From the NCBI RefSeq assembly GCF_009914755.1, contig NC_060936.1: a stretch of 64,000 nucleotides of DNA. One strand, written 5' to 3'. Positions 30,632-44,763 of this stretch are shown piece after piece. Position numbers and translations under genes: made by a program. Every line of letters starts with the position of its first letter. Within the stretch, counting starts at the first letter, position 1. This DNA is from the human T2T-CHM13v2.0 reference genome, Homo sapiens. The notes under the pieces were generated by a model that had not been told where the DNA came from, did no database searches, and was given only the letters and a program-made list of their open reading frames with translations.

Positions 30632-33600
30632 CATGTTTTTAATCCCCTCTTCCTACCAGGAACACTTAGATTGGTTCCACATTTTGGTTATTTGTGAATG
30701 ATGCTATAGAGAATATGAGGATACAGATATCTCTTTAGGATACTGATTTTATTTCTTTTGCATATACGTCTATAAGTGAAATGGCTGGATTATGTGGTAG
30801 TTCTATTTTTAAAAAATTTTTGAGGCATTTCCATACTGCTTTTCACAATGGCAACACCAATTTATAGTCCCACCAACATTGTAAAAGGATTACCTTGTTT
30901 CAACATCCTAACCAATGCTTCTCTTTTATCTTTTTGATAATAGCTTTTCTAGCAGGTGTGAAGTAATATCTCATTGTGGTTTTCATTAACATTTCCCTGA
31001 TGATTAGTGATTTGAGCACTTTTTGATTTACCTGTTGTCCATTTCTATGTATTCTTTTGGGAAACATCTATACAAATCCCTAGCCCATATATTAATCAGG
31101 TTATTTACTATTTTGCTATTGAGTTGTATACATTTTTGATATGCTTTGCATATTAACCCCTTATCAGACACATGGTTTACAAGTATTTTCTCCCATTCCA
31201 TAAGCTGAATTTTCACTCTGCTGATGATTTTATTTGCTGGGCAGAAGCTTTATTATTTGATACAGTTTGACTTGTCTATATATGCTATGGGTATTTGTTC
31301 TTTCTTTAGAGGTTATATCTAAAAAATTATTGCCCAGACAAATATCAAGAAACATATAGAAACTATATGTGCTTCTACTAGTTCTATGGTTTCTGGTCTT
31401 AAGTTTAATCTTTAATCCATGTTGAGTTGATTTTAGAATGTTTTATAAGACTATGTTCCAATTTTAAACTTTTGCATGAGGAGATTCAGTTTTCTCAGCA
31501 CTATTTATTGACAAGACTGTCCTTTCTCCATTGTGTCTTCTTGGCATCTTTGTTGAAGATCAGTCGACAAGAAACACGGTTGTATTTCTGGGCTGTTTGG
31601 TTTCATTCATCAATCTCTCTTTTTGTTCCATTACCATACTTTTTTAATGGCTCCAGCTTTGTGATGCCTCCGTTTTTGGTCTTGTTGCTCAAAATTGCTT
31701 AGCTATTTGTGGTCTTCTGTGATTCCATATGAATTTTAAGATTTTTTTTCTATTTTTGTAAAGAATTTTACTGAGATTTTTGATAGGGATTGCATCGATT
31801 CTTCAGATCACTTTGGGTAGTATAGACATTTTAATAATATTAAATCTTTCAACCCAAGAGTATAGGATGGCTTTCCATTTGTCTGTATATTCTTTAATTT
31901 TCATTGATGTTTTATAAGTTTTAAAAGTCTTTTACTTTTTGATTGGGTTTAGTTTTTAGTATTTTAATTTTGTTGTTATTGTGAATGAAAATATTTCTTA
32001 GTTTTCTTTTCCAATGGTTCATCGTTTGTTTATATAAATGGATCTGATTTTTTGTGTTGATTTTTTATCCTACAAATTTACTGAATGTGTTTATTAGTTC
32101 TAACAGGTTTTATTTTTTCGGTTGAGTCTTTACCGTTTTCTACATATATGATCATGTCTTCTGCAAACAGATATAATTTAACTTCTTCCTTTCTTATTTG
32201 GATACCTTTTGTTTAATTGTCTAATTGTTTAACTAGAATTTCTAATAGTATGTTGAATAGAAGTGTTGAAAATCTACTGTATGTTGGGAGAAAAGTTTTG
32301 AGGTTTTCCCCATTTATTATAAAGTCAGCTGTAGAGTTTTCATCTGTGGCCTTTATTATGTTAGTGTAATTTCCTTATATACCTATTTTGTTGAGAGTTT
32401 TAATTATGAACATACGTTGAACTTTCTCAAATGCATTTACTCCATTTATTGAGATGATCTTTTTTTTCTATTTTTTTAAAAATGTGGCATATCGCATTGA
32501 TTAGTTTGTGAATGTTGAACAATCCTTGCTTCCCAGGAATAAATACCACTTGGTTATGATGTGTAATCATTTTAATGTGCTGTTAAATTTGGTTTTCTAA
32601 TATTATATTGAGAAATTTTGAATCTATGTTCATCAGAGATATTGGTCTGTAGTTTTCTTTGTATGTGGTGTCTTTGTCTGACTTTGGTATCAGGTTAAAG
32701 GTATACTCACAAAATGAGTCTGAAAGTGTCCCCTCCTCTAATTTTTGGAAAAGTTTAATTCTTTTTTGAATGTTTGTTAGAAGTCACCCTTGAAGACTTA
32801 TGGTGGTGGGTCTTTCTTTGTTGGGAAGCTTTTAATTACTAATTCAAACTCCTTGTGTGTAATTGGTCAGTACAGGTTTTCATTATTTCTTGGTTTAGCA
32901 TTGGTAGGTTGTATATTTCTAGGAAATTATCAATTTCTTCTAGATTATCCAATTTCTTGGTGTATAATTATGATAATAGTTTCTTAAAATTTTTTAAAAA
33001 ATCTGCGGTATTTATTATAATAGCTTCTCTCTCATATCTGATTTAATTTGATTCAATGTTTCCTTCTCCTTGGTCTAGCTAAAGATTTTGTCAGTTTTGT
33101 TTACTTAAAAAAATCTTAGTTTTGTTGATTTTTAAAATTATTTTTCTAAACTCTTTGATTTATTTTGGCTCTAATCTTTATTTTTCTTTTCTTCTGCTAT
33201 ATTTGGGCTTAGTTTATTCTCCTATTTTGTTTATCATTTATTTTTATTTGAGTCTTTTTTAATGTAACCATTTATTGTTATAAATTTTCCTGTTAATACT
33301 GCTTTTGTTGTATCCTATAAGCTTTGCTATGTAATTTTTTTTGTTTCATTCATCTTAAGATATCTTTTAAATTCCCTGTTGATTTTCTCTTTAACCCAAG
33401 GGTTGCTTAAGAGTGTCTTGTTCAGTTTCCATGTATTAGTAAATGTTCATTTTTCCTTACTATTATTGATTTCTAGTTTTATTTCATTATGATGGAAAAG
33501 ATACTTAGAATGAATTTGGTCCACTTTAATTTACTGAGACTTCACTTTGTAATTTAACGTGTGGTCTACCCTGGAAAATGCTCCATGTGTGCTTGAGAAT

Positions 33601-34790
33601 ATGTATTCTTCTGTTTGGGGGTAGAAAGTTCTTTATATATTTGTTAGGTCCTTTTGGTCTATAGTATTGCTCAGTTTGGCTGTACCCTTATTGTATCTGG
33701 GGTATTTCAGTCTTCTACTGTGACTGTATTATTTTTTATTTCTCCTTTGGGATTTACCAATGTTTGCTTTATATTTTATATTTTGCTTGTTTTTTGCTTT
33801 ATGCTTTATATTTTGCATCTATGCTGGTATATATTCAGGTGTTTTGATGTTGGGTACATGTATATTTGTAATTGTTATATTTTCTTCTTGAGCTAATGCT
33901 TTGATCATTATATATAATAAACTTCTTGTGTTTTGTGAAAGATCTGAATTAAATCTATTTTGTCTGCTCTCTTTTGGTTACTATTTACCTTGAATATCTT
34001 TTTCCATCCATTTACTCCATCCTGTGTGTTCTCTTGTAGGTAGCATATAGGTGGATCTTGGTTTTATCCATTCAGCCACTTTATGTATTTTGATTGGATA
34101 ATTTAGTCTGTTTACTTTTAAAGTAATTATTGATAGGTAATGAAGTAATCCTGCCACTTTGTTAATGGTTTTCAGACTGCTTTGTAGTTCTTTTCATTCT
34201 TTCTTTCACTCTTTCTTTCTTTATGATTTGATTGTTTTCACAGTGGTATGCTTGGATTCTTTTGTTTTTAACTGTTCCATATCTATTGGAGATTTTTCTC
34301 TTGTGATTATTTTAAGATCACATAAAACATCTTATTGTTATAACAGTCAATTATAAAGTGATAACAACTTAAGTTCAATCACATACAGAAACTCCACATT
34401 TTTACTCCTGCTTCCAACATTTTATGTTATTTAAGTCACAATTTTCATAGTTTTATGTGTGCATATGTTAACAAATTATTGTAGCTATAGCTATTTTTAT
34501 CTTTCACCCTTTTGTAATGGCATCAAGCAAGATACACACCATCATTGGAATATTATTCTGAATTTGACTATATGCTTTCCTTTATCAGCAAGTTTTATAC
34601 TTTCATATGTTTTCACGTTATTAAATAACTTCCTTTCATTTCAGCTTGAACAAATCCCTTTCACGTTTTTCTGTAATGCTTGCCTAGTGGTAATGAACTC
34701 CCTCAGCTTTTGTTTGCCTAAAAATGTCTCTGTCTTTTTAGTATCTGAATGACAACTTTGTCAGGTATTATATTTTTAGGCTAAAAACAG
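30081..34790 (-). mobile_element. L1MA7-9-like LINE-1, ~4.7 kb, decayed
   Basis: 3'UTR tttattgaggtatatttgacaaata...; ORF2 remnant (EWEKILVNHVSDKGLI, 31028-31216); collinear with L1 to ~34790. Confidence 0.88.
30589..30629. repeat. (TG)n microsatellite
   Basis: Seen directly. Confidence 0.98.
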
Positions 34791-36456
34791 CAATTAATGA
34801 TATAAAGATGTATGATAATTTTAGATACTGATAAATGTAAAGAAAAATAATATAATGTAATACAATAACTTTTGAGTAGAGTAGGCAAGATTATCTGAGG
34901 TAGATTTTTGGAACTTGAAAAAATGTTAAAAATCATAAAAATATGCTTATGATATTAAAATATTTGTTTTGAAAATATTAGAGTTATTAATAATATTAAC
35001 AAAAATATTTTACTTAAATGCATTCCAATATATGTATTGTTCTGTAGGGTAATGAATTTTATAAAACAAATGAAATTCAAACTTCTTAATGTAGCATAGT
35101 CAAATAAACACTATTTTAATCTGTGCCAAAGATGGAAGCTTTATTTCCTTATATTGACATTTTGATTGACGGTTGATGATTGAAATTGCAATTCTGGTAA
35201 TTTATAGGTAGTTGCAGAATGCTTGAATGGACAATGAGAAAATTAAGTATTGCACAAACTACTAACCACATTTTTAAAGGTATCATATGAGCTTAAAATG
35301 TCTTTTCTAGTGTTAGGCATTGTTTTCTATTCATATTATAGAGGAATGATTCTGAAAACTTTGACTATTATTGTAAAAAATATATATATAAAACTAATTA
35401 TAATCAAAATTATAATTGTGCAAATAAATCCTAGATTTAATTCCATAATAACCATAGAGAGGTGAGAGAGTAATAACTATAGTTATTACTATAGAACATC
35501 AAATGCATCTTGATTTCACATTAGAAATTTTATTATTATTCATAGTAACATAACCATTTATGTTACAAAGTATTCCAAGAATTAGTAACAGATTAAAACT
35601 GGTACCTATTGTACTAATCAGAAATTAACACTGGTTAATTTATGCCAAAAAAGATATATATTAGAAGTTTATTCAGTAGGTCACAGAATCAGTCGAACCT
35701 GGATTTGAAAAGGAACCAGAACAGCCAAACAAAGACAAGAGAGCACTGCAGGTGCACCATGTTCAGAATAGCAGTGCTTGTTGCTGCCGGTGCTGGTGTT
35801 GCTGCTCCTGGTCTTGCTTGCTCTAGCGTTTTATTTTCTTCTACTGGAGTTTTCAATATGTAAAAAAATAGCTGATAAATTTGGCTATTTCTAAGATTTT
35901 TCTTAAGTTTTTCATTGACCAAGCACCCACTGAATCCATACAGTGGGTATCTGTATCACCCACTGATACATTCTGAGTGTATCACATGGGATTTTGTCAT
36001 GTTACTGAAGAATGATAATTATTTCAGCATTACAAACCTTCCTCTGCTAGGGTTTTTGATTTGTTTGTATTTTTATCATTCCTCCAAATGAGTGATGATA
36101 TCTGGAGTTACCAGCTAGAGATAAAGAGGAATGGAGAGTGGAAAGCATTAGGAAATTATCTTCTCTTTTCAAGGTGACTGCATCAGTCAAGGTTGTTACA
36201 AAATCTTCATGATAGCACAGTAATTCTTCAGGTAAAATATTCTTATCAGTTGATTTGGGTTTTAGGATATTCTTATTCTCTTTAATCTCCCTTTCCAATT
36301 ATCATGGTTCAACTCCTTCTCCACAAATACTCTAAATTTTGCATAAGAGATCTATGAAGCTAGGAAATTATTTTCTTTTTTAATTTGATAGCCTCCTGGT
36401 GCAAATTTTAGCTTCTTTTACTGAGACTCCTTGGGTGATTTTAAAAGGAACCCAGA

Positions 36457-37528
36457 TAGTTTCCAGTTTCATCCATATCCCTGCAGAGGATATGAACTCA
36501 TCCTTTTTTATGGCTGCATAGTATTCCATGGTGTACCTGTGCCACATTTTCTTTATCCAGTCTATCAGTGATGGGCATTTGGGTTGGTTCTAAGTCTTTA
36601 CTATTGTGAATAGTGCTGCAATAAACATAGATGTACATCTGTCTTTATAGTAGAATGATTTATAATCCTTTGAGTATATACCCAGTAATGGGATTGCTGA
36701 GTCAAATGGTATTTCTGGATCTAGATCCTTGAGGAATCGCCACGCTGTCTTCCACAGTGGTTGAACTAACTTACATTCCCACCAACAGTGTAAAAGCGTT
36801 CCTGTTTCTCCACATCCTCTCCAGTGTCTGTTGTTTCCTGACATTTTAATGATCGCCATTCTAACAGGAGTGAGACGGTATCTCATTGTGGTTTTGATTT
36901 GCATTTCTCTAATGACCAGTGATGATGAGCTTTTTTTCATATGTTTGTTGGCCATATAAATGTCCTCTTTTGAGAAGTGTCTGTTCAGATCCTTTGCTCA
37001 CTTTTCGATGGGGTTGTTTGTTTTTTTTCTTGTAAATTTGTTTAGGTTTTTTGTAGATTCTGGATATTAGCCCTTTGTCAGATGTTTAGATTGCAAAAAT
37101 TTTCTCCCATTCTGTAGGTTGCATGTTCATTCTGATGATAGTTTCTTTTGCTGTGCAGAAGCTCTTTAGCTTAATTAGATCCCATTTGTCAATTTTGGCT
37201 TTTGTTGCCATAGCTTTTTGTGTTTTAGTCATGAAGTCCTTGACCATGCCTATGTCCTGAATGGTAACAGAGGAACAGAAAACCAAACACTGAATATTCC
37301 CACTCATAAGTGGGAGTTGAACAATGAGAACACATGGATACAGGGAGGGGAACATCACACACTGGAGGCTGTCAGGGGGTGAGGGGTTAGGGAAGGGATA
37401 GCTTTAGGAGAAATACCTAATGAAGATGATGGTTGATGGGTGCAGCAAACCAACACGGCACCATGTTTCTATGTAACAAACCTGCATGTATCCCAGAACT
37501 TAAAGTATAATAAAAATAAATAAGCAAT
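36457..37528 (+). mobile_element. 5'-inverted L1PA7-like insertion (inverted 36457-37265, sense 37266-37528)
   Basis: TSD aaaaggaacccaga at 36443-36456 and 37529-37542, preceded by tttt (canonical TT/AAAA site). Confidence 0.95.
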
Positions 37529-37820
37529 AAAAGGAACCCAGAAAGGGCTTGAGTTTCAATCTTTGCCTTTAGCTGAGAATTTTGAAATCTGATCTTGTTG
37601 TTCTCTTTCTTATTATGTTTAGTGTGGTAGAAATAAACATTTTATTTTCACTTGCCCATCATACTAATTTATGGCAGTTGCCACTCAGACCCCAAAGATA
37701 TTTTTATCAATAGGCACTTTATTTCGGATGACTGTAGAAATGGATTGGATAACCCATTACCCACAGTTTACCATGGAATGACAAATTTCTATTTCTCAAT
37801 GTTAATTTGTGTTTTATTTT

Positions 37821-38119
<299 letters not shown>

Positions 38120-38435
38120 GGGTTTTAAATTTTTAAAATTATTTTTAATTTTTGTGAATACATGTTAAGCATATATATTTATAGAGTATATCAGATATTT
38201 TGATACAGGCATGAAATGTGAAGTAAGCCCATCATGGAGAATGGTATATCCATCCCCTTAAGCACTTATCCTTTGAGTGGGGAGCTGTAGGAGGTGGGGA
38301 TGGCTAATGGGTACAAAAAAATAGAAAGAATGAATGAGACTTGCTATTTGATAGCACAACAGGGTGACTATAGTCAATAATAACTTAGTTGTATATTTTA
38401 AAATAAAAAATAGTGTGACTGGATTGTTGTAACTC
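38120..38435 (-). mobile_element. 5'-inverted L1MA1/2-like 3' fragment (minus 38125-38278, inverted 38279-38435)
   Basis: Two adjacent 3'UTR segments in opposite orientation; TSD tctcaatgttaattt at 37794-37808 and 38434-38448. Confidence 0.85.
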
Positions 38436-38889
38436 TCAATGTTAATTTAGATATTCATAATCTTCAGTCTCAAATATGCCAGTGAACAAAGCCTAGAATT
38501 CCCTATGCCCCTGAAGGTTTATTCTTGGAAACCATTCATTCAAATTTCTATACTGACTAGTATAAAATGACTAACTAGTATAATATAATATCATTTTCAG
38601 TTATAAATAACAGAAACAAATTAAGCAGAAAAGGACTTCATTGAAAAGGTCTCAGCTGAGCCATGGGTAAAATCAGTAGGAAAACTAGAGAACCAAGCTT
38701 GGGCAATATCATAGACAGGCAAGGTACAGCCAATATGGTACTACAGAGACAAAGTAACATCTTATGGAGCTGTTAGCCAGCTGGATCTTTGCCATTTCAG
38801 CAAGTACTGCTGCCACTGCAAACTCAACCTTTCTTATATTCACTGTCTTTGTCTCATAATCCCATTACATTGTTAATACCTTACAGAAA

Positions 38890-39155
38890 TACCTCATGTA
38901 ATAAAATATACAACTTAATCATGGCTTACTATGCACTTTGTGCCAGATACTTGGTAGCTTTTTTGTTGCTACCTAACCTAAATACTATTAGCAAAATGGA
39001 ATTATCCTCATTTTGAACATGAAGAAGCTTGACTCAGAATTTAAGTAATTTGTGGAAAAAAATCACATAACTGATATCTGTGTAGTTGTATTTGCACTCC
39101 ACTTTTGTCAGACTTCTAAATTCAGGACAGGTCATCCCTCCTTCTCCACCACAGG
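38890..39155 (-). mobile_element. MIR
   Basis: attatcctcattttgaacatgaagaagcttgactcagaatttaagtaatttg core. Confidence 0.7.
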
Positions 39156-39264
39156 CTATATTTCCTCATTTATTTTTATTTTGTTTGGGAAGCAAATTGG
39201 CATTACTGGTCTTTTTGTACTACAACCAAAGATGAATGCTGTGTTTGCTTTGGTTTTTTGCCAG

Positions 39265-39351
39265 CCCTGCTTGGATCTACTGCTCAATCTATTATGGATG
39301 ATATTATTTGCCTCCCGCATGCCAGTATACAGGAAAAAACTTGTTCAAAAA
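39265..39351 (+). other. Candidate 87-nt cassette exon (unverified)
   Basis: T-rich tract ending ccag acceptor; aaa|gtaagc donor; length divisible by 3; two open frames. Confidence 0.25.
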
Positions 39352-40024
39352 GTAAGCAACGGATATCCAAAGGAGTATGTGTTCATGATGTTATACAATG
39401 CCCTAGTGATTTCTTTTAATTGCCCCCTAGATTTCTAGGAAAAATGTTTGGGTTTTACTCTTCACTTTGCTTTTTAATCAGGAAATACTGGGAAAAATCA
39501 GTATAATTTTGGTCTGACAAAAATATGTTAAATAAGTAGGGTAAAAGAGAAGGTTCAGGCTTGAATACTTGCAAAATTAAACCCTAGAACAACTTTTAAA
39601 CAAACAAATTAAAACAAGCCCAGAACTTTAAATGACCATGTAGTGTAGTGAAAATACAGGTGATGGTCAAATGAGCAATGGCCCAGAGGCAAGGGAATGA
39701 ACTCAGCTCAAAGGTTATATACTTCATGTACCCAGAGGTTTACAATTCTGTTTTTTTGAAGTGTAATTTAAGAACAGAGATGAAACAGAGAAACACAGGG
39801 GGAAAAAAAAGAAATAGTGAAGAAGGGAAGAAAAGTTCCACAAATCTTGCTTTTGTTTTAAAGGAATAATGAATTTACCTTTTATTACCTGTCATTTGAA
39901 TCATTAACATTTTAGTATACTTAAATTTACCTGCTTTAGGAATTGATTTTTTAATAGGCTTTAGACTGTTTAAAAATATTATTAAATAAATAGAATAGTA
40001 ACTAAAATAATGAATAGTTTGCAT

Positions 40025-40220
40025 TACTATAGACTAAGTTTGAGTTCTACTTCTACTGCTAACTAGCTGATCAGTCCTCAAAACTGAGTTTTTGCATTAT
40101 GCCATGGGTTCTTAGAAAGAGGAAGTGAGATAATGAATGTAAGGTAGTTACACTGATATATGACACATTGCTTGGGCTTCTCAATAACTGTTAGCTGTCA
40201 TCATCATCATGACTGTATTA
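40025..40220 (+). mobile_element. MIR fragment
   Basis: agactaagtttgagttctacttctactgctaactagctg...gtgagataatgaatgtaagg. Confidence 0.5.
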
Positions 40221-41329
40221 TAACATAAAGTATTAAAATGAATAAAATTAATCATTTTAGATCTCAAACACCAACATCATCATTTAATGACAAATTACTA
40301 TAACTGTAGCTAGACAAAGAATGGGTTCTATCTGCATTGTCATTCACAGAACTTGAAGCATGAGACAAAAATAAAAATGTTAGTCATTACAAAGGGAACA
40401 AAAAGTATCATTATTAATGGAGAATAGAATTATATACCTAGAAATAACTAATCAAAAGGAAAGAGATAGTTTAATAAAGTAGCTGTATCTAAAGTAAATA
40501 TATAAAAGTCCACATTTCTTTGTATTAGTTTTTAAAATTCAATCATCAAATTTAAAAAAAATCTCATGTTTAAATTTATTAGATTTATAATATATTAATA
40601 GAATAATTTTGAGAAAAATATTAACAGCATCTAGGGAGAAAGCAACTATCGGAGAAGTAGGTGGCCTCGGAAGAATTTTGCTGTATGTGTATTGCTTATT
40701 TTTTCATTATAATGAGAATTTAACTATGAATTTATAATTGATTTTAGAGCTCTGAGAGAATAGAGAGAAATTCTAATTAGTGAGTAATAAAGAGAAATAA
40801 TTGTTATTCATTTATAATAAGTTAGCATGACTTTAGACCAGGGTCTATGCCTTTTCAATCTACAATAAATAAAGACAATAGCAGCAGTAACCAATCAACG
40901 CAAAACACAGAATACCAAAAATAATCTCCAAAATGGAAAAACTTAGTAAACAAAGCAATTTGGGAAGAATGCATACTTAACATTTTTCTTTTGAAAACTG
41001 AAGCTATTTTAAATATCATCTATTTAATGTTTTCAAAGAAATTAGAGAAGTAATAATAAGATAAGAATTTTTTAAAAGATGAGATAAAGCCAAAAGCAAC
41101 TTCCTGAGTTAAGGTAAACTAAAAAAAAAAAAAAACAAAAAAACTCTGACCATATTATCAAATGACATGGCTCTATAAAGAGTCTTTATGTAAAGGGAAA
41201 AAGAAGATTTTCATAGAATAGACATATATTTATAACAAACATTTTAAGAAATAAAATAGAGAAGATTATACAATGATATTTTGGTCCAATTTGAAGAAGA
41301 ATAAATGGGGCATGCATATGTTCCCACAT

Positions 41330-43330
41330 GGAAAATAAATACAAAATAATCAGAGACTTCAAGAGTGCTCATTAATCCTTCCCTGGCTGTATCTGCCTCC
41401 TTGCCACAGGTTATCATTATTCTAAATATTGTGAAAGTTTCTCCATCCCTTTAAACTATTTTACCATATGTATGTATATACACCCACACACACATATATA
41501 TACTGAGAACCATCTATGATTTCATTTTCTTTTTTATATTGCTATAAACGAAATTATACTCTCTATATATTTCAATGACATTTCTTTACTCAATCTTGTG
41601 ATCTTGAAATTTGCTTTTGTTGATATGTGTGGCAGTAATTTGTTCAGTTTTCACTCCTTTACGTGTTTCATTGTATAAACACATCATAGTTTATTCATCC
41701 TTACTTCTGTTGTTGGAAATTTTAAATGTTTCTAGGTTTCTTTTTGTTGTTCCTGCTATTATTTATGCACCACACACATGCACACATATACAAACACTCA
41801 CTTGAAATTACTGGGTGAAAGGAAAAATTTATACTTCACTAGATAATACCATTTTACCTGGGATAATTTTGTCTATTTAGATTCCTGGCAGCAGTGTATG
41901 ATGGTTCCTGTTATCTTCTATCCTATTCTTTAAAGAGTATTGCCAGACTTCTCACATTTTGTGAAGTTTCGGACATAAAATGATTTCCTAGTTTGTTTAT
42001 ATTTTGCCTTTCTCTGATTTCTAATGAGGATGTGCCACTTTTCACATATTTATTGGCGATTTCTATTCTGTAAAATAATTATATCTTTGGGTTATTTTTG
42101 CATTGGAGTGATCATTTCTTGATAATATGATGGGAACTACTTTGTTAACAGCTTTACTGAGATATAATTTACATATGATAAAAGACATGCATTTCACACA
42201 AGAGATAGGATGAACTAATTATGATGTATATGAAATTTATAATTGTGCAACTGTCATCACAGTTTATTTAGAAGTAGTTTTAAATATATACAAATGTTGT
42301 GAGTTTTAATGTTTTTTGTTATTACCTTTTACCTTATTTGTACTGAGGTCAGAACATGTGTTATGTATAGCAATGTTTATTTGAAACTTGTTGGGAATTT
42401 TTTTCCATTAATAATTCAAACATACTCGAAGAGACTTTAATTTTTAGGTGCAGTATTCTATTTATGTATATTAAGTTCAGGCTTATTAATTATGTTGTTC
42501 ACATCTTCTATATTCTTTTTTTAAAAAAATTATTGATATAACATTTCTAAAAAAGAGATGGTAGACATTTTCTAAAATAATAAACTTGTCATTCTGCTTA
42601 TAGTTTTATTAATTTTTACTTTACATCTATTGAAGTTACATTTTTAGGTACACACAGGCTTAGAATTGTTATATTTTCCTGGCTATCTAACCATTTTGCC
42701 AATATTTAGTAGCTTTTCAATGATAATAAAACACATTTTCCCTTAAGTTTTCTTTTGTTAGATTTTACTTTGGGTTAACAATACAAGATATATAGTTTTG
42801 CAAATATTTACTTTCAAGTTTTCTATGTCTTTATTGTTCAAGCACATATCTTGTAAATAGCTAAATTGTGTTTTTTATCCTGTTTGACAAATGTATTTTA
42901 ACTAGAAATTTAGTTCATTTACATAATTGTGCCTATTGTATTATTTAGAATCATTTCTTCCAGCTTGTTATATGCTTCCCTTTTGCTTTTTTACATCTGT
43001 TTTTCCCATCTCGTTCTATTTAAATTTTAATTACACTCTATTCACTTAGTGGTTACCTAGAGATTTTTAAATGTTTATATAACTTCAAAAACCATACATT
43101 TCATCAGTATGTCCTCATTGTAGATACGGTGACCATACTAATGTTCAAACTTGTGTTACCCCATATTTGAATCTGTCCTATTGATGTTCACTATTTAGTT
43201 TCTCATTCTTTTTAGTCATGAACCACACACCATTATCATCATTATTTTTATTTTAAAAACACAATATTGGTTTAAATGTGCTAAAGTTTACTATTTTCTT
43301 TGTTCATCATTTCGTTCTGTTTCTTACCAC
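41330..43330 (-). mobile_element. Ancient L1M (L1ME-like) remnants
   Basis: T-rich decayed L1 3'UTR/ORF2 motifs (ctttctctgatttctaatgagg, atatcttgtaaatagc). Confidence 0.6.
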
Positions 43331-43650
43331 AGGTAAACAAATTAGATATATGTTAGAACTTATTACTTACTCTCCATGATTTTTAAATTATTTTAAATAT
43401 TTTTTATTGGTTGTGGAGTCTATTTGGCATTCTAGGTAATTTCATATCAGATTCATTTTCTGGTTTATTGAAAATGAATTATGCCTAGCATATCTGATGC
43501 ATAGTCCCTTCATTAAGATACTAATTATAGTTATTAAATTTAACCATCTCAATTATAAAGTATAAAACACAAAAAGCAAAATACACAAAATGAAAAGTAA
43601 ACAACTTAATAATATTACATAAAGCATAGACATGTGTAATTAAACCCACA

Positions 43651-44259
43651 TGTATTAGGTTCTTCTAAGAGGCAGAACTAAGAGGAGATAGATAGATAGG
43701 AGGTGATTTATTATGGAAATTGGGTCATACAATTATAGAGGCTGAGAGGTCCCATGACAGGCCATCTGTAAGCTAGAGGCCCTGGGATATGCTGTATCAT
43801 GGCTTAGTCCAAGGCCAAAAGCCTCAGGACTGGGGAAGCTGATGGTGTAATTCTCAGTCTGAGGCCAAAGGCCTGAGAATCCCAGGTAGTGGGTGATGTT
43901 GGTGTAAGTCCTGGAGTCCAAAGACAGGCAAACCTGGAGTTCTGATGTGCAAAGGAAGAAGAATGTCCCAGCTCCAGGAGGCCAGGACACAGGGGTCGGG
44001 GGGTGTCTATGTGTGGGGGGAGTGTTGGGGGGGAAGATTGCCTTTTCCTTGCCTTTTTTGTTCTATTACAACCCAATTAGAATAAAAAGATTAGATAATA
44101 CCTGCCCACATTGAGGATGAATCTTCCTCACTCAGTCCTCTGACTCACATGCCAATGTCCTCTGGAAACACCCTTACAGATACACCAGAAACAATGCTTT
44201 ACCAGTTCTCTAGGTAATTTTTAATCCAATCAAGTTGACGTCTACAATTTACCATCATA
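43651..44259 (-). mobile_element. MLT2 (ERVL) solo LTR
   Basis: tgtattaggttcttctaagaggcagaac...caatcaagttgac...accatca. Confidence 0.88.
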
Positions 44260-44760
44260 CCATGTTAGAAAAACAACATGCCAGCACCTCGGAATTCCTA
44301 CCTGTCAATCACAAACCCTCTCATTCACAAACTTAAACAATTTACTAATTTAATGATTTTTACTTCTTTGCTTTTGACATTTGAATATTTAAATAATCAT
44401 CTTTAAAGATACATAATTTTGTTTGATTTTAATCATATATTTGGAATGTATTATTTTGTATTTGGCTAATTTCATTCAACATTATGTTTTAAAAATTTAC
44501 TTATACTTTTTAAAAATAGGTAGCTGTAGTTTTTTTCTCTTTGATACAAGATGATTCATTGTTTGAATATATCACAATTTATTTATTCTATTATGAAACA
44601 AACAATATTTTTGCAGATTGAGGCTATTATAAATAATTTTGTTATAAAGATTTATGTGCATTTATCCCAGTGTTCCTGAATACATAGAGTTTGGGGTATA
44701 TATAACTAGCATTAGAATTCCTGGGTCAAATATTTGTTTAACTTATATTTATACCTGTAT
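44260..44760 (-). mobile_element. L1ME-like 3' remnant
   Basis: Decayed L1ME 3'UTR motifs (ttcattcaacattatgttt, ggctattataaataa). Confidence 0.55.
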
Positions 44761-44763
44761 TAT

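Noticed and set aside
35686-35827. RGS17/19/20-like cysteine string
   Set aside because: Immediate stop, no RGS domain nearby, explainable by a decayed TGC repeat; no gene symbol assigned
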